Source: Gracilinanus agilis (lineage: Eukaryota). From it: a DNA stretch of 64,000 nt. Of the stretch, positions 10,101 to 31,916 are shown one piece after another. The stretch lies in the NCBI RefSeq assembly GCF_016433145.1, contig NC_058132.1, forward strand, positions 203,993,543-204,057,542. The letters run 5' to 3'. The notes beneath the pieces were generated by a model. The model did not search any database. It worked only from the letters and a program-made list of their open reading frames with translations, and was not told the origin of the DNA. The translations under genes and the position numbers were made by a program. Position 1 is the first letter of the stretch. Every line of letters begins with the position of its first letter.

Positions 10101-13100
10101 CCTTCAAAGGCAAACCTAGCTAGAGGGTTGACCATCAGAGAATGACAAATTTTTTTGATCACAATAATTTGAAAATCATCAACTAAGGCATGGAAGGGTT
10201 GTTCAGTGCTCAATAGTAGTGTACCCACATCAGGGAAATTCGAAGTGATGAATTATGGCTTTTCCTGAGGCCACTCAGTAGTGGAATGACTATTCTTAAT
10301 TCAACTTAACCAAGATATTTGCCAAGCCACTGATAATGCAGAGCATTCTGCTATTTCATATATAGCATTTAACTGTAGGTCAAAGAATATCTGATATATT
10401 CCCAAAGTAGTGAGAAAACATAAAATACAATATAATGATGCAAATTTGTAAAAAATTAATTTTCACAAAGATCTGCCTTCTTTCTCTCCTATCCCTCATT
10501 GAGAAAATAAGAAAAACAAAACCTGTTATAAACATGATCAAGCAAAACAAATTTCTACATTGGCCATGTCCAAAAAAGGCATTTCAATCCACATTTCGGA
10601 TCTGTCACCTCTCAGGAGGCAGGTAGCATATTGCATACAGCACTAAATGGAATAAAATTGGGTCCTAATATTCATAATACAAACTGTACTGTGATCTCTC
10701 CTTCAGAAGTGGGAGAGGCTATTCACAGTAAGGAGAGAATAGATCTATTATCATATTCTCACTAAGTGGAATTTGAGAGCCCCTTAGATAGTGCCCACCT
10801 AGAAAGTGAAGCCAAAAGAGGCTGGCCTTAAGAGGAAATATTAGGTGATTATTAGTATGATGCCTTAGCTGTCTCAGGCAGCTGAGGTGAAAACTTTTCT
10901 CAAGGCTACTCTTCAAATGAACTATCAGTTGGGGTTGATCTATGCATTCCACAGAAATGATTGGTGGGAAATGGAAAACTGAAGACCAGATTTCTCCCTC
11001 CTATCCTACTGTGAAGTGGCATGAATTTGGGTTATTCTTTCTGCAAGGGGCACAACTAATCAAGGATGCCAAGGTCGTGGTTACAGTCAAAAACTCCAGA
11101 TTTGGCCTGGGAATCAGATTGAGAGAAGAGAGGATAGCTAAAAAGCACAGGTTTGGGGATGGGACCAAGTAGGGATCTAAGAAGACATGTAGGTTAATTA
11201 GGAAGAGGGGAGTTCCTTTTACTTCTGACTGGGGTGTCTGAATGGCTTGGAGAACAGTTCACTTGGTAGAGGCTATCACCCAGACCAAGCTGACCTGGTT
11301 TCCCCATGCCTATCATTTTTCTTTCTAGATTCAAGAAATCCATGGTAAAGGCCCTGGACTCCTATGAGGAAAAAGAGGATGAAATGATTAAAAAGGTAAG
11401 TTAAGATGAAGTTATTGAAACTTGAGCTCCTTATGCCCTGAATATACCACTGACACATTCTACAATGTTCCCACAGATGGCAGCCCAGATTCGAGAGGTG
11501 GAACGCAGCCGGCAGGAGGTGGTACAGTCCGTCTTAGAGGTTGGTTTCCAACTGAAGCTCCAGAGCAGTATCCACCATGGCTGGTCTCCGAGTTGCTTTG
11601 AGCTCCCCAGCATCTCACCTACTGGCACTTCTTGAGAACACATGGACTTCTGTTCTGCTTGTCCTACAACTGAAGATGCCTTGGCTTTCCAGGGCGTCAG
11701 ACTGGCCAGGATAGTGGTGATTGGCAGAGGGGGCTCAACATAGGTAGCTTTGATCCTTGATCAGGGAGGGGTATCACCCTTGCCAGCTTCCTAAGCCTTG
11801 TTGGAAGTTACTGGGGCAGGGAGGGGATCCTACACATTGGGCAGCACAGTTCAGATCTCATTTCATCCTTTGGGCACTGGGGTCTGAGGGGTGGGGAGGG
11901 CATCACAGGCAGGCATGGAATTCTAGACACATTTATTTTTCCTGAATCAAACTCAGCCTCAGACGGTGCCAGACCCAGAAGAGGGCTGTTCGGCGCCTTC
12001 TGTCTGGAAAGAAACAAGCAGGTAAGAGTACCAAAAATGGAATCCTGGAACCTTTGAATTAAAGGGTCTTATATTCTCAAGAGGTGTTTAGGCTGGGAAT
12101 GATAGAATAGTGGTATCATTCCTACCTAAATACAAGGGATATTTGTGCATCTTAATCTGTGAGATGAAACCAAGTCCCATTTTTTGGTGTTCGTGGCAGT
12201 ATCTATTAATCTGTTCCTGGCAAAGGACCTCAACCTCCAGGCTGTGTCCGATTTTCTTTTGCAGGATAACCTCTAGCTCACAACAGCTCTCCTTGGACCC
12301 TCAAACTACTCCAGAACTCAACTGGATGGAGCCCACACAGTCTCTGACTTTCATTGGACATCAGGTAGTATGGAGAGGGTCGAGTAATAGAGGGATGGGA
12401 TAAGATACCCCAGATTCAGGGCATTAGTTTTCCTTGCAAACTAAACAATTATAATTACTTCACTTTTTGTTACAAAGTAGAACTTCCTTTCCTAAACAGT
12501 TCTCTCATTTCTCATAGGATACACCTGGAGTTGGCAATGTTCATTCAGGTAAGGCCCAAGTGTTAACTGACTCCAGGGTTCTATTCCTGATAAGCCATCA
12601 GGACATATGGCCCTCCCAACAACTTTGGGTGTGAGGTAGGTGCTCCCCCATTTCAATACAGTATGACACCAAGTAAGATTTATAACTATACAACCTTTTC
12701 AGGACTTTGCTTTATTGGAGTTAGACCCTTGAAACCCCTAAGAGTTAAACTCTCCAACAGGTACCCCCAGGGTTCACAAGAATAAACTATTATCTTGTTC
12801 TCATTCCTTTAGGGGCTACCCCTCCCTGGCTGCTGCAGGATGATGAAGACTGCAATAGCTCAGCACACCAGATTGGGCCTTCCTATGAAGATTTCCTCAA
12901 AGAACGTAAGTTAGCAGGGGGAATGGGGGTGGGGATTGACTTTCCATAGCACACTTCATGCTCCAACCTTAATCATCCTCTTGCAGAAGAGAAACAGAAA
13001 TTGAGAAAGCTGCCCCCAGACCGGGTAGGGGCCAATTTTGACCACTGCTCTAGTACAGGTGCAGGCTGGCTGCCTTCCTTTGGCAGAGTTTGGAACAATG

Positions 13101-13239
13101 GGCGCCGATGGCAATCTCGGTAAGTGGAAACAGCCTATACTAGTTTCAGCTTTTTTTTTTTTTAACCCTGATCTCTTCCAGTCATATCTTGGACTTCTTT
13201 CCTTCCAGGCATCAATTTAAAGCAGAAGCAAAGCAGTAG
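4054..13239 (+). CDS. CENATAC: Centrosomal AT-AC splicing factor (CCDC84), 11 coding exons, 321 aa
   Basis: Exons 4054-4173, 7352-7515, 8443-8541, 11329-11395, 11477-11539, 11957-12021, 12265-12364, 12518-12548, 12813-12905, 12987-13119, 13209-13239 (966 nt, all GT-AG). Translation [27 protein letters not shown]...[11 protein letters not shown]...GANFDH...[21 protein letters not shown] matches mammalian CENATAC as I recall it. Confidence 0.96.
5835..6051 (-). mobile_element. MAR1-type CORE-SINE
   Basis: ttcttggcaaagatac..gtggtttgccatttcc RTE-like tail plus the CORE sequence in reverse. Confidence 0.7.
6285..6687 (-). mobile_element. hAT MITE (family A) with perfect 8-bp TSD
   Basis: TIRs CAGTGATGGTGAAAC / GTTTCACCATCACTG. 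TSD CCATATGA at 6277-6284 and 6688-6695. Confidence 0.9.
6746..6946 (+). mobile_element. SINE1-type SINE
   Basis: Full head, core and A tail. Confidence 0.85.
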
Positions 13240-13299
13240 CTGACCATCAAGTAAACATGTGGAGTGTGTAAACTTCCCCAGCGATTTAGCAATGTTGTA

Positions 13300-13305
13300 A
13301 ATAAA
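13300..13305 (+). terminator. CENATAC polyadenylation signal AATAAA
   Basis: 60 nt after the stop codon, followed by a U/GU-rich tract. Confidence 0.75.
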
Positions 13306-13364
13306 ATTTGTGCTTTTTCTAACATTTCCTAACTTCAGTTGTTGCCCCAAGAAACACAGTACCA

Positions 13365-13415
13365 CATCTTATTGGAATAAGTTTATTTTTGAAAATGTAC
13401 ACAAAACTGTTGAAC
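13365..13415 (-). other. RPS25: RPS25 non-coding last exon with AATAAA (13382-13387)
   Basis: Acceptor ttttctccttggcag, then GTTCAACAG...AAAAATAAAC. The 3' end position is approximate. Confidence 0.8.
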
Positions 13416-13500
13416 CTGCCAAGGAGAAAAAAAAAGTCAGAATTAGAACACATTCACATTATCATCCCCTTTCCACACACCTAGTTTTCCCCTTACCATT

Positions 13501-18545
<5,045 letters not shown>

Positions 18546-18598
18546 GATGGGACTTCAGGAACTCTAGCTGCTACCGCCTCCAAGGTAAGATGTCGGAC

Positions 18599-18608
18599 AG
18601 AAAGGAAG
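18599..18608 (-). promoter_or_regulatory. RPS25 TCT start / 5'TOP motif CTTCCTTTCT
   Basis: The reverse strand reads CTTCCTTTCTGTCCGACATC, a typical ribosomal-protein polypyrimidine initiator. Exon 1 spans 18543-18608. Confidence 0.85.
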
Positions 18609-19105
18609 TGGGTGGAGAGGGTGGCCGCTGAAACTCCGTCGGTCTCTAAGTGCTTCCGGGGTTAAACCCTAGGAATGAAAATGGAGCGAACTATAATTCC
18701 CAGCATACACCTCGAATACGATAGGGCTCAGGCAGATAAAGTTCAGGAGGCGTGAACTACAATCCCCGTGATGCATCATACCCAATGCAAACGCAGAGTA
18801 GACCACTACTAAGATAACACTAGGGGGAATCCGACGCAATTGCGTTTATATCGCTACACTCTCTTGTAGGAACTCGAAGCAAAGAAATGATACAAAACTA
18901 TTCCTGAACTTAATAAACCCTTACGGAGATTTTAAAATACAGATAGGAAAAGGATCAATAAACATTCATCGCATACTTTCCCCCCCCCCGCGACGGAAGG
19001 ATGGGCTGGTCGAGAATCACATGTTCCGAGTTTCCTGGGTGGAGCAACCGGGGAGGGAGGAGAGTTTTTAGAACTACTGTAGGACGGGAAACCGGAAGTA
19101 GCAGT
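18609..19105. promoter_or_regulatory. RPS25-TRAPPC4 bidirectional promoter
   Basis: Head-to-head genes about 500 bp apart. ZNF143-like sites AACTATAATTCCCAGCAT (18689) and AACTACAATCCCCGTGATGCA (18755); ETS sites CTTCCGG (about 18653) and CCGGAAGT (19092). Confidence 0.85.
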
Positions 19106-19115
19106 GAATGGGGTA

Positions 19116-21407
19116 ATGGCGATCTTCAGTGTGTATGTGGTGAACAAGGCCGGCGGCCTTATCTACCAACTGGACAACTACGCGCCTCGAGCCGAGGCTG
19201 AGAAAACCTTCAGCTATCCGCTCGACCTGTTACTTAAGCTACACGACGAGCGCGTTCTCGTTGCCTTTGGCCAACGGGACGGCATCCGGGGTAGGCGGGG
19301 TCTTGGGCGTGGTCCTAGGTGCGTGGCGGTGGGGCTAGGGAGTTGTTTTTACAGGAGAGGGCAGGGCTTAAGGCTCCTAGAATCTGATTTGTTCTCGTCC
19401 AGGAGGCGGAGACTTCAACCTGGGGAAGTGAGTCCTGGAATGGGATTTGTTCCGGCCCAGAGGGGCGGGGTTTAGGACTCTGTTCTATTGCTCTCAGATT
19501 CACTTTGATGCTGGGGTTCGAGGTAACCCAGCTGATCCGACCCTTACTTCTGCAGTGGGCCATGCAGTTCTCTCCATCAATGGCGTGGACGTGAATGGCA
19601 AGTACACTGCAGAAGGGAGGGAGGTGCTGGAATACCTTGGCAACCCGGCCAACTACCCCGTGTCCATCCGCTTCGGACGACCCCGCCTCACGTCCAACGA
19701 AAAGCTGATGCTGGCTTCTATGTTCCACTCGTAAGTTATGCTCTCGCGTGGGGGGAGGCACGATCATTGTCTCAAGGGCTCCCCTTCCCTCCTTACCCCG
19801 CCCTCCATTGCTCCTTGCTTGGGAACTCTCTCCCCTCTCCCCACCACCCTTTGCCTTGTATTCCAAACCAAAGCTGGACACGAGGGCATCTTGACTTGTT
19901 TGCACGCAGGCTTTTTGCCATAGGCTCCCAGCTGTCTCCAGAGCAAGGGAGTTCTGGCATCGAGATGCTCGAGACAGACACCTTCAAACTCCACTGCTTC
20001 CAGACACTGACAGGTGCAGACTCCAGAGTGGAAAGGGTTGGGGGAGGCAGTGGCTGGGATTGGGGCAGTGATTTGGTAAACAGGATGGGGGTTGTCATTT
20101 CCGTTTGATTGTACATTACACAAATAGAACTTTTAGTCCAAAGTTGACTTTAACATGTAGCTTGAATTTCCTCCCTCTTCCTTTCACAACAGGGAAAATT
20201 CAGACAACATAACTTAGTCCCTGAAAATGCATTAGATGTCAAATAAAGGCTTTTGCAGTGTGTACTTAGTTGTTACATACCATTGTCTTCACCCATTAAC
20301 TAGAGTGACTACTAATTTGACACTTGTTTCCCCTAAAAAGGTGGGGCTTCTCAGTGTCCCCTATTGTCTACTGGGAAGAGTGGAGCCTGTACTATATTTG
20401 TTCTTTGCTCTGTCTCTAAGAATGTGATCTTAAAGAAGTCACAAAAGTCTCAAAAGTCTTTTTACTATTCTATTAAATGTATATCCTGGGGGCCGCGGGT
20501 GGGTCAGTGAATTGAGAGCCAGGCCTAGAGGCTGGTCCTAGATGGGAGGTCCTAGGTTCAAGTCTGGCCTCAGATACTTCCTAGCTGTGTGACTCTGCTC
20601 AAGTCACTTAACCCCCATTGCCTTGCCCTTTCCACTCTTCTGCCTTGGAACCAATAAACGGGATTGATTCTAAGACAAAAAGTAAGGGTTTAAAAAAAAT
20701 TAACAAATGCAAGGTGACAGTATTATAAATGTGATTATTTCCTATTCTGTAGATTTTTCCTAGTTTATGACAGCTGGAAAAACCTTAGGTCTTCTAAATC
20801 AGCAATCTCATTTTAGAGAGGGAAACTGGAGCCAGAGGAAATTGCCAAAAGTCACATAGCTAGTTTGTGACAAAATGAAAGACTAAAAACTAGGTTCTCC
20901 TCTTGGGGTTTTTTCTGCTTTATACCATGTACTGTGTGACTATTCCTACAATCCACAGGTATCAAATTTGTAGTACTGGCAGATCCTCGACAGGGGGGGA
21001 TTGATTCTCTTTTGCGGAAGATTTATGAGATTTACTCAGACTTTGCCCTCAAGAACCCATTCTACTCTTTGGAGATGCCCATCAGGTACGTTGTCCTTCC
21101 TCAGCCCAATTTATATAGCCAGGTGTATCAAAAGGACATCACCTAATTTTGTAGCAGGCAGACATAAACATCTTAAAATATGATATATATATAAAACCAA
21201 ATGAGTGGTTTCTTGAAGGAAAGTACCAAAGATCTCCCTAAGGATTCTTCTGCCTTTAGTAATTATGTACCACTTTAGGTGTCCCCCTAATCCTTCACCC
21301 CTTATTTGTTGTTTCTGGCCCAACCCAGGTGTGAACTATTTGACCAGAACCTGAAGCTAGCCCTGGAAGTGGCTGAGAAAGCTGGGACCTTTGGGCCAGG
21401 ATCTTAG
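19116..21407 (+). CDS. TRAPPC4: Trafficking protein particle complex subunit 4 (synbindin/TRS23), 219 aa
   Basis: Exons 19116-19290, 19556-19730, 19910-20013, 20959-21085, 21329-21407 (660 nt). [37 protein letters not shown]...[15 protein letters not shown]. Confidence 0.98.
20488..20699 (+). mobile_element. SINE1-type SINE in TRAPPC4 intron 3
   Basis: Head, core and A tail. Confidence 0.85.
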
Positions 21408-21649
21408 TCTCTCCAGCAAAGACCAAAGCTTCTGACCAACCCAGCCATTTTACTAGGGTAAAGATCCAAATATCTATGTTAGAGCACATCAAGAAGAGTG
21501 AACTCTGAACAAGAGAAGGTGGTGCAGTACTTTTGGGAACCAACTTTTCAGAGTACCATCTCCCCTCTTTCCTGTATATAATGGTCCTACCTCTCCAAGG
21601 TTGTACAGATCTATTTATGGAAGGAAGGAGACCTGATTGAAGATGCTGT

Positions 21650-21655
21650 AATAAA
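21650..21655 (+). terminator. TRAPPC4 polyadenylation signal AATAAA
   Basis: First AATAAA after the stop codon, about 240 nt downstream. Confidence 0.65.
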
Positions 21656-22166
21656 CATTCCTGTGAACCCTGGGATAACTGGTTTCCTCTGCTGGGGCTG
21701 CTAAAAATCATTAGCTGGCAACAAGGCAGGCTGAGGAGAATATTAGAAAGAAATAAGAGGGGGGGAGAAGACAAGAGAGAAGCAACATGGGCCAATTGAG
21801 TGACCCAAGACCTAGTATCTAATCCTGATTTTGGGACTAACCAGCTACATAAATTAGGTGAGAGCCTCAACTTCTGGTGAACTCATTAACCCCCTAGACT
21901 CTAGCATTGGAAGGGGGCTAAGAAATCCGATCCAACATTCATTTCTACAGCATTGAAACAGAGGACCTGTTGCCTATGGGATGGACCAGAGGGTCAAGGA
22001 AGTCCTTTCCAAATCACATTCTATATGACTTGTAATATTCCTAGCCTTCTCAAAGACCTCCCTGGAGGAGGAATTTTCTACTTTGCTATGGTCACTCTTG
22101 GCCAGCTCTAAATATCATTCCTTGTGTAGAACAGGAACAATCCATCCATAGAAAGTATAAAAGCTG

Positions 22167-22364
22167 AGGCAGCTGGGTAGCTCAGTGGATTGAGAGCCAG
22201 GCCTAGAGACAGGAGGTCCTAGGTTCAAATCTGGCCTCAGACACTTCCTAGCTGTGTGACCCTGGGCAAGTCACTTGACCCCCATTACCTACCCGTACCA
22301 CTCTTCTGCCTTAGAGCCAAGATGGAAGGTAAGGGTTTTTAAAAAAATAAAATAAAATAAAAAA
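22167..22364 (+). mobile_element. young SINE1 with TSD
   Basis: Near-consensus copy flanked by gaaagtataaaagctg / gaaagtgaaaagctg. Confidence 0.85.
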
Positions 22365-22967
22365 GAAAGTGAAAAGCTGTTTTTCATATGGATACCAATG
22401 TTCCTTATATGTGACACCTGAACGTTTTCTTTCTTTCACCCTAAAAACCCTGTTTCTGGAGATTCTTTGGTGAATCTCTTCCCTGTTATAAATCTCCTTC
22501 CCTGAAATGTACTGCACCCAATTAGGCAATTGTTCTTCTAGATATGATCTGACCAGGGAAAAATCAGTGGCACAATCACCTTCATTTTCAACACTTTATA
22601 AATCATTTGAGTAAACAAAGTGGGCACAGTTTGTTTTAAAAAATAGCCCAACATAACTAAATAGAACAAGTTTCTGAACAGAATTACCTTCCCTACTACA
22701 TAAGAAGGTTGGGATGCTACTTGTCCTGGAGGTTGTAGAGATTATGAACATCAGATGGGATAACAAATACTAAGGTATCTAGGAAAGTTAGAAACACTTT
22801 AGTAGCTCTTACACAGAGAAGAACAAGCTGAACGTCAAGGTGTGTGGAGCTGTCAGACAATAGCTTCCATGCTCTTGGTGCCAAAACCCTCTACCAGTTT
22901 TGGCAAGAGTAGCTCATGAACTGGCTTAAGTTTCTCCCACCTCTTTTGAAATAAATTGCCAACAATA

Positions 22968-22973
22968 TTTATT
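22968..22973 (-). terminator. candidate SLC37A4 polyadenylation signal AATAAA
   Basis: TTTATT on the + strand about 550 nt past the stop codon. An ATTAAA alternative lies near 23092. Confidence 0.5.
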
Positions 22974-23522
22974 ATCAAATCTAGTTAGGTTTTTTTTCTT
23001 TTCCATTACAATGCTTAAATTCACTCCCTATTCCAATTCTGTACAGAGTATAAAAGGTAAAAGTGCCCCATCCTCTATTGAGTCCTCAGGTTTTAATTAG
23101 TCCTCAATGTTGGTGTCTGGGGGCGTCCTCTATACAGTGGGAATGAGGTCAGTAGAATGTCATCATGGCTTCTTGACTGACCAAACTGCTCAACCTGGTC
23201 AAGGCATTTCCTAGATACCAAAAGGAGTGGAAGTGGGGTAGTGGGAGGCAATTAGGCACAGGGGACCTAACCCTGACGCAGGCTCAATTGTGTAACTATT
23301 TGTTTTGGGCACAGGATGGAGAGCTGCCATAGCTTGGGAACAAAGGTTATAATTTAAATAAATTGACAGGCAAAGGGTGTTGGGAACTGGAGCCCTATTC
23401 TACAATGATAACCTCAATGCTTATGTGGGTCAAAAGAGGCAGAAAAGGGAAGCCTGAGGCTGTGTGCCAGGTAAAGACCTGGGGAGCACACACAGGCACC
23501 AAAGAATCCCCTGTGCCTGCCT

Positions 23523-29346
<5,824 letters not shown>

Positions 29347-30279
29347 TCAAGCATGGTGGCTTGCAGTCTAGGGTGCTGGAGGATGGAGCTACCCCTCAAC
29401 TCACACTCCTTCGGGCTTGGGCTTTGCCTTTGCCTTTCATTCCCTCTAGCTTGTAAATCCAGCTGTGATTAAAAGCACAGCCTAATTACTCTTATCTGCC
29501 AAGGGCCCAGGGGAGGCTGGGAGTCCCAGGAAAGCAAGGGATCAGGGGTGTCAGCCCCCCCTTCTCTGACTCTACTCACACACCTTTTCTTGACTCATTC
29601 CTCCCTACCACCAGCTCTGACTACACAGAAACACAGCCTGCCTTCATGCCTCTGAATCCCTCCTTACTTTCAAAACTGCCCCTCTTCTTCCAGATTCTTT
29701 TAAGTCCTATTTCCTAATCCACTGTGCCTCACTGGACATGCAAATCAGTGGCCACATGAGACTTGGGTTCAACTAACTGGATCACTGAAGACCCTTTCAG
29801 GTCTAACATTGTTGATTCTGCAAGTCCTGCAAGACTTCCCAAAGTTATTTCCTCTTTGCTTAATGAGGATAATACACACATTAGCCATCTACCTAAGAAG
29901 CAACTAGATGATACAATGGCTAGAACTCAGGCCTTGAGTCCTGGGTTCAAATTTGGATTCAGACACTTACTAGCTGGGTGACCCTGGGCAAGTCACTTCA
30001 CCCTGTTTGCCTCAGTTTCCTCCTCAGCAAAATGAGCCAGAAAGTGCTTTGTAAATGTCAAAGCACTATATCAAGGTGGGTTATTCCTTTATTTCCCATT
30101 CCCCTACTCAGCTCTCTAGTCAAAGTATATATAACCTACCTTCCTGCTGCTCACGGCCCCCCACCACTGGAGGGGGCGCCCCGGGGAGAATCTTTCTCTC
30201 TCCAGTGTGTGTGTGCAGGAAGAGAGGGTCATAAGGGGTGACAGAGCTGCCTCGATGTGGCCACGTGGCCATACACAAC

Positions 30280-31150
30280 AGTAGAACAGTGATGTCCCGT
30301 GCTCCAGGCCCCGATAGGGGGGCTTCCCCGGGCCCAGGCCTCCATCGCCTCTGCGGGGAGTAACTGGAGCGAAAAGCAAAGGCGAGGAGGCGGCGGCGGC
30401 CGCTGCCAGCTTTGTCCCTGGCTCAGCCGGCTATCGCCCGTCACCATGGACGCTGGGTCCAGCCGGGAGGAGGGGAAAATGGTGAGGGAAGGGGCGGGGG
30501 CAGGAAGCAGGGCGGGTGCTCTGGGCACTAAGCCCAGTGCCGGTGTCCTCACGCCGCCCCGGGTTCAGGAGCCCGGGGAATCCGGGCGCTAGAGACAGAA
30601 GGTGCATGCAGCAGGCATGGGTGAGTAGAGAGATGGGGAGGTGGGGGGAAGGGGGTATACATCTCCCGCTGCTAGGTGGGGAAGTGAAGGCGGTGCGATC
30701 CCGGGGGACGCGGTGAAGGTGCAGTCCCCACTCTGCCGCGATCCTTTCCTGCCTCGCACCTCCAGGAAGAAGGGACGGTTGTGGAGTGAACTCAAGCTAA
30801 GAGCGAGGGTGAGAGCCGCGGGATGCAGAGCAGCGGCATAGTCCAGCCCGCCGGCCTGCACACTTGCGGCCCGCCTCCCTCTCCCCGCCAGCCTATCTCC
30901 CTCCCCCTCAGCTCAGCGTGCCTAGCTGCACGCCTCCTACCTGAAAGCTGCCTCTCGGGAACCGCAAGTAAACGGGTAGCGGCCAAGCCCGCAGAGGTCT
31001 GAAAGCGCAGGCGAGGGAGGCGGGGCCTAGGCTCGGGCTCCAACCCTGTGTTCTAACTCCGCCCCCGCGCTGACAAGCTCCACCCACTAGTCCTGAGTCC
31101 CGCCCTTGGCTCAGTCCCTCCCTACCGGAGTGGGACCTGCCCGGGATTGT
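30280..31150 (-). promoter_or_regulatory. SLC37A4 distal CpG-island promoter with putative untranslated exons
   Basis: CpG-dense with GC boxes. Minus-strand donors CAG|GTAGGA (exon end 30941) and AAG|GTAGGT (exon end 30140); acceptor into the first coding exon at 29267/29266. Confidence 0.55.
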
Positions 31151-31916
31151 TAATTTCCAATCGAATATTTCCTAAAGCCCATTTACCCTTGGGGGTGGGG
31201 ATAGGTCGTCACACCTCGTACAGTACAAAGAGCAAGAGACAGACTGTCCCCGAGTCTATTTGAGGAGACCCAGTAAAAACCACTTGGTCTCTTATTCTTT
31301 CCAACTCAATTTTGTGGGAAATAAGACTTTTTTAAAAAGTTATAAATATATAACCATCAAGAAAATGTATAACAATCAAATAAATGTGTGCGGAGCTTGG
31401 AGTCAGGAAAACCTAGATTCAAATGGCCCTCCTACCAATTAACTGTGTGACCTTGAGCAAGCAACTCTGGGCACCTTCAGGGTTTAGCTACTAAATCCTA
31501 ACATTGTTTCGGTCTCCATTAGTGGAGGTTCACTAGGCTTTGGTTGTTACAAATAAAGTAGCTTTTTTTTTTTTTCAGAGGTCCTTTTGTAAAAAATGAA
31601 GTTCTAACAAGGGAATTGCTAGGTCAAAATGTACAATAGGTTTGGAGATTCATAGTTTGGACAGAGGCAGTAAGGATAGTACTGGGTTTAAAGCTACGAC
31701 CACCTGGTCAAACTTTCATTTAACCTTTCAGGACCTCAGGAAACTTCCTAACATCCTCCTCTGAGGCACCATATACTTTTGCAGATCTGGTTACCCCAAA
31801 CTGACAAAACCACAGATCTTAGTACTTCTTATCTCTTTCTGTAGTCCTACTAACTACTCTGCTCAGCACTGCAATTTCTTTCTTGGTGTATCTTGGTGTT
31901 AGGTTTATCATATTCT

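Noticed and set aside
12906-12986. U12-type or hybrid intron in CENATAC (CCTTAAT near the acceptor)
   Set aside because: The donor is GTAAGT, a U2-type site, not RTATCCTT. I saw no tandem U11-type 5' splice site elements in the gene.
19498-19555. Alternative upstream acceptor in TRAPPC4 intron 1
   Set aside because: It would add 58 nt and frameshift, and nothing in the sequence supports its use over the canonical site.
19315-19905. 196-aa minus-strand ORF, and similar ORFs at 21295-21870 and 58729-59205
   Set aside because: Antisense, intronic or UTR shadows of genes already explained; no homology recognised.
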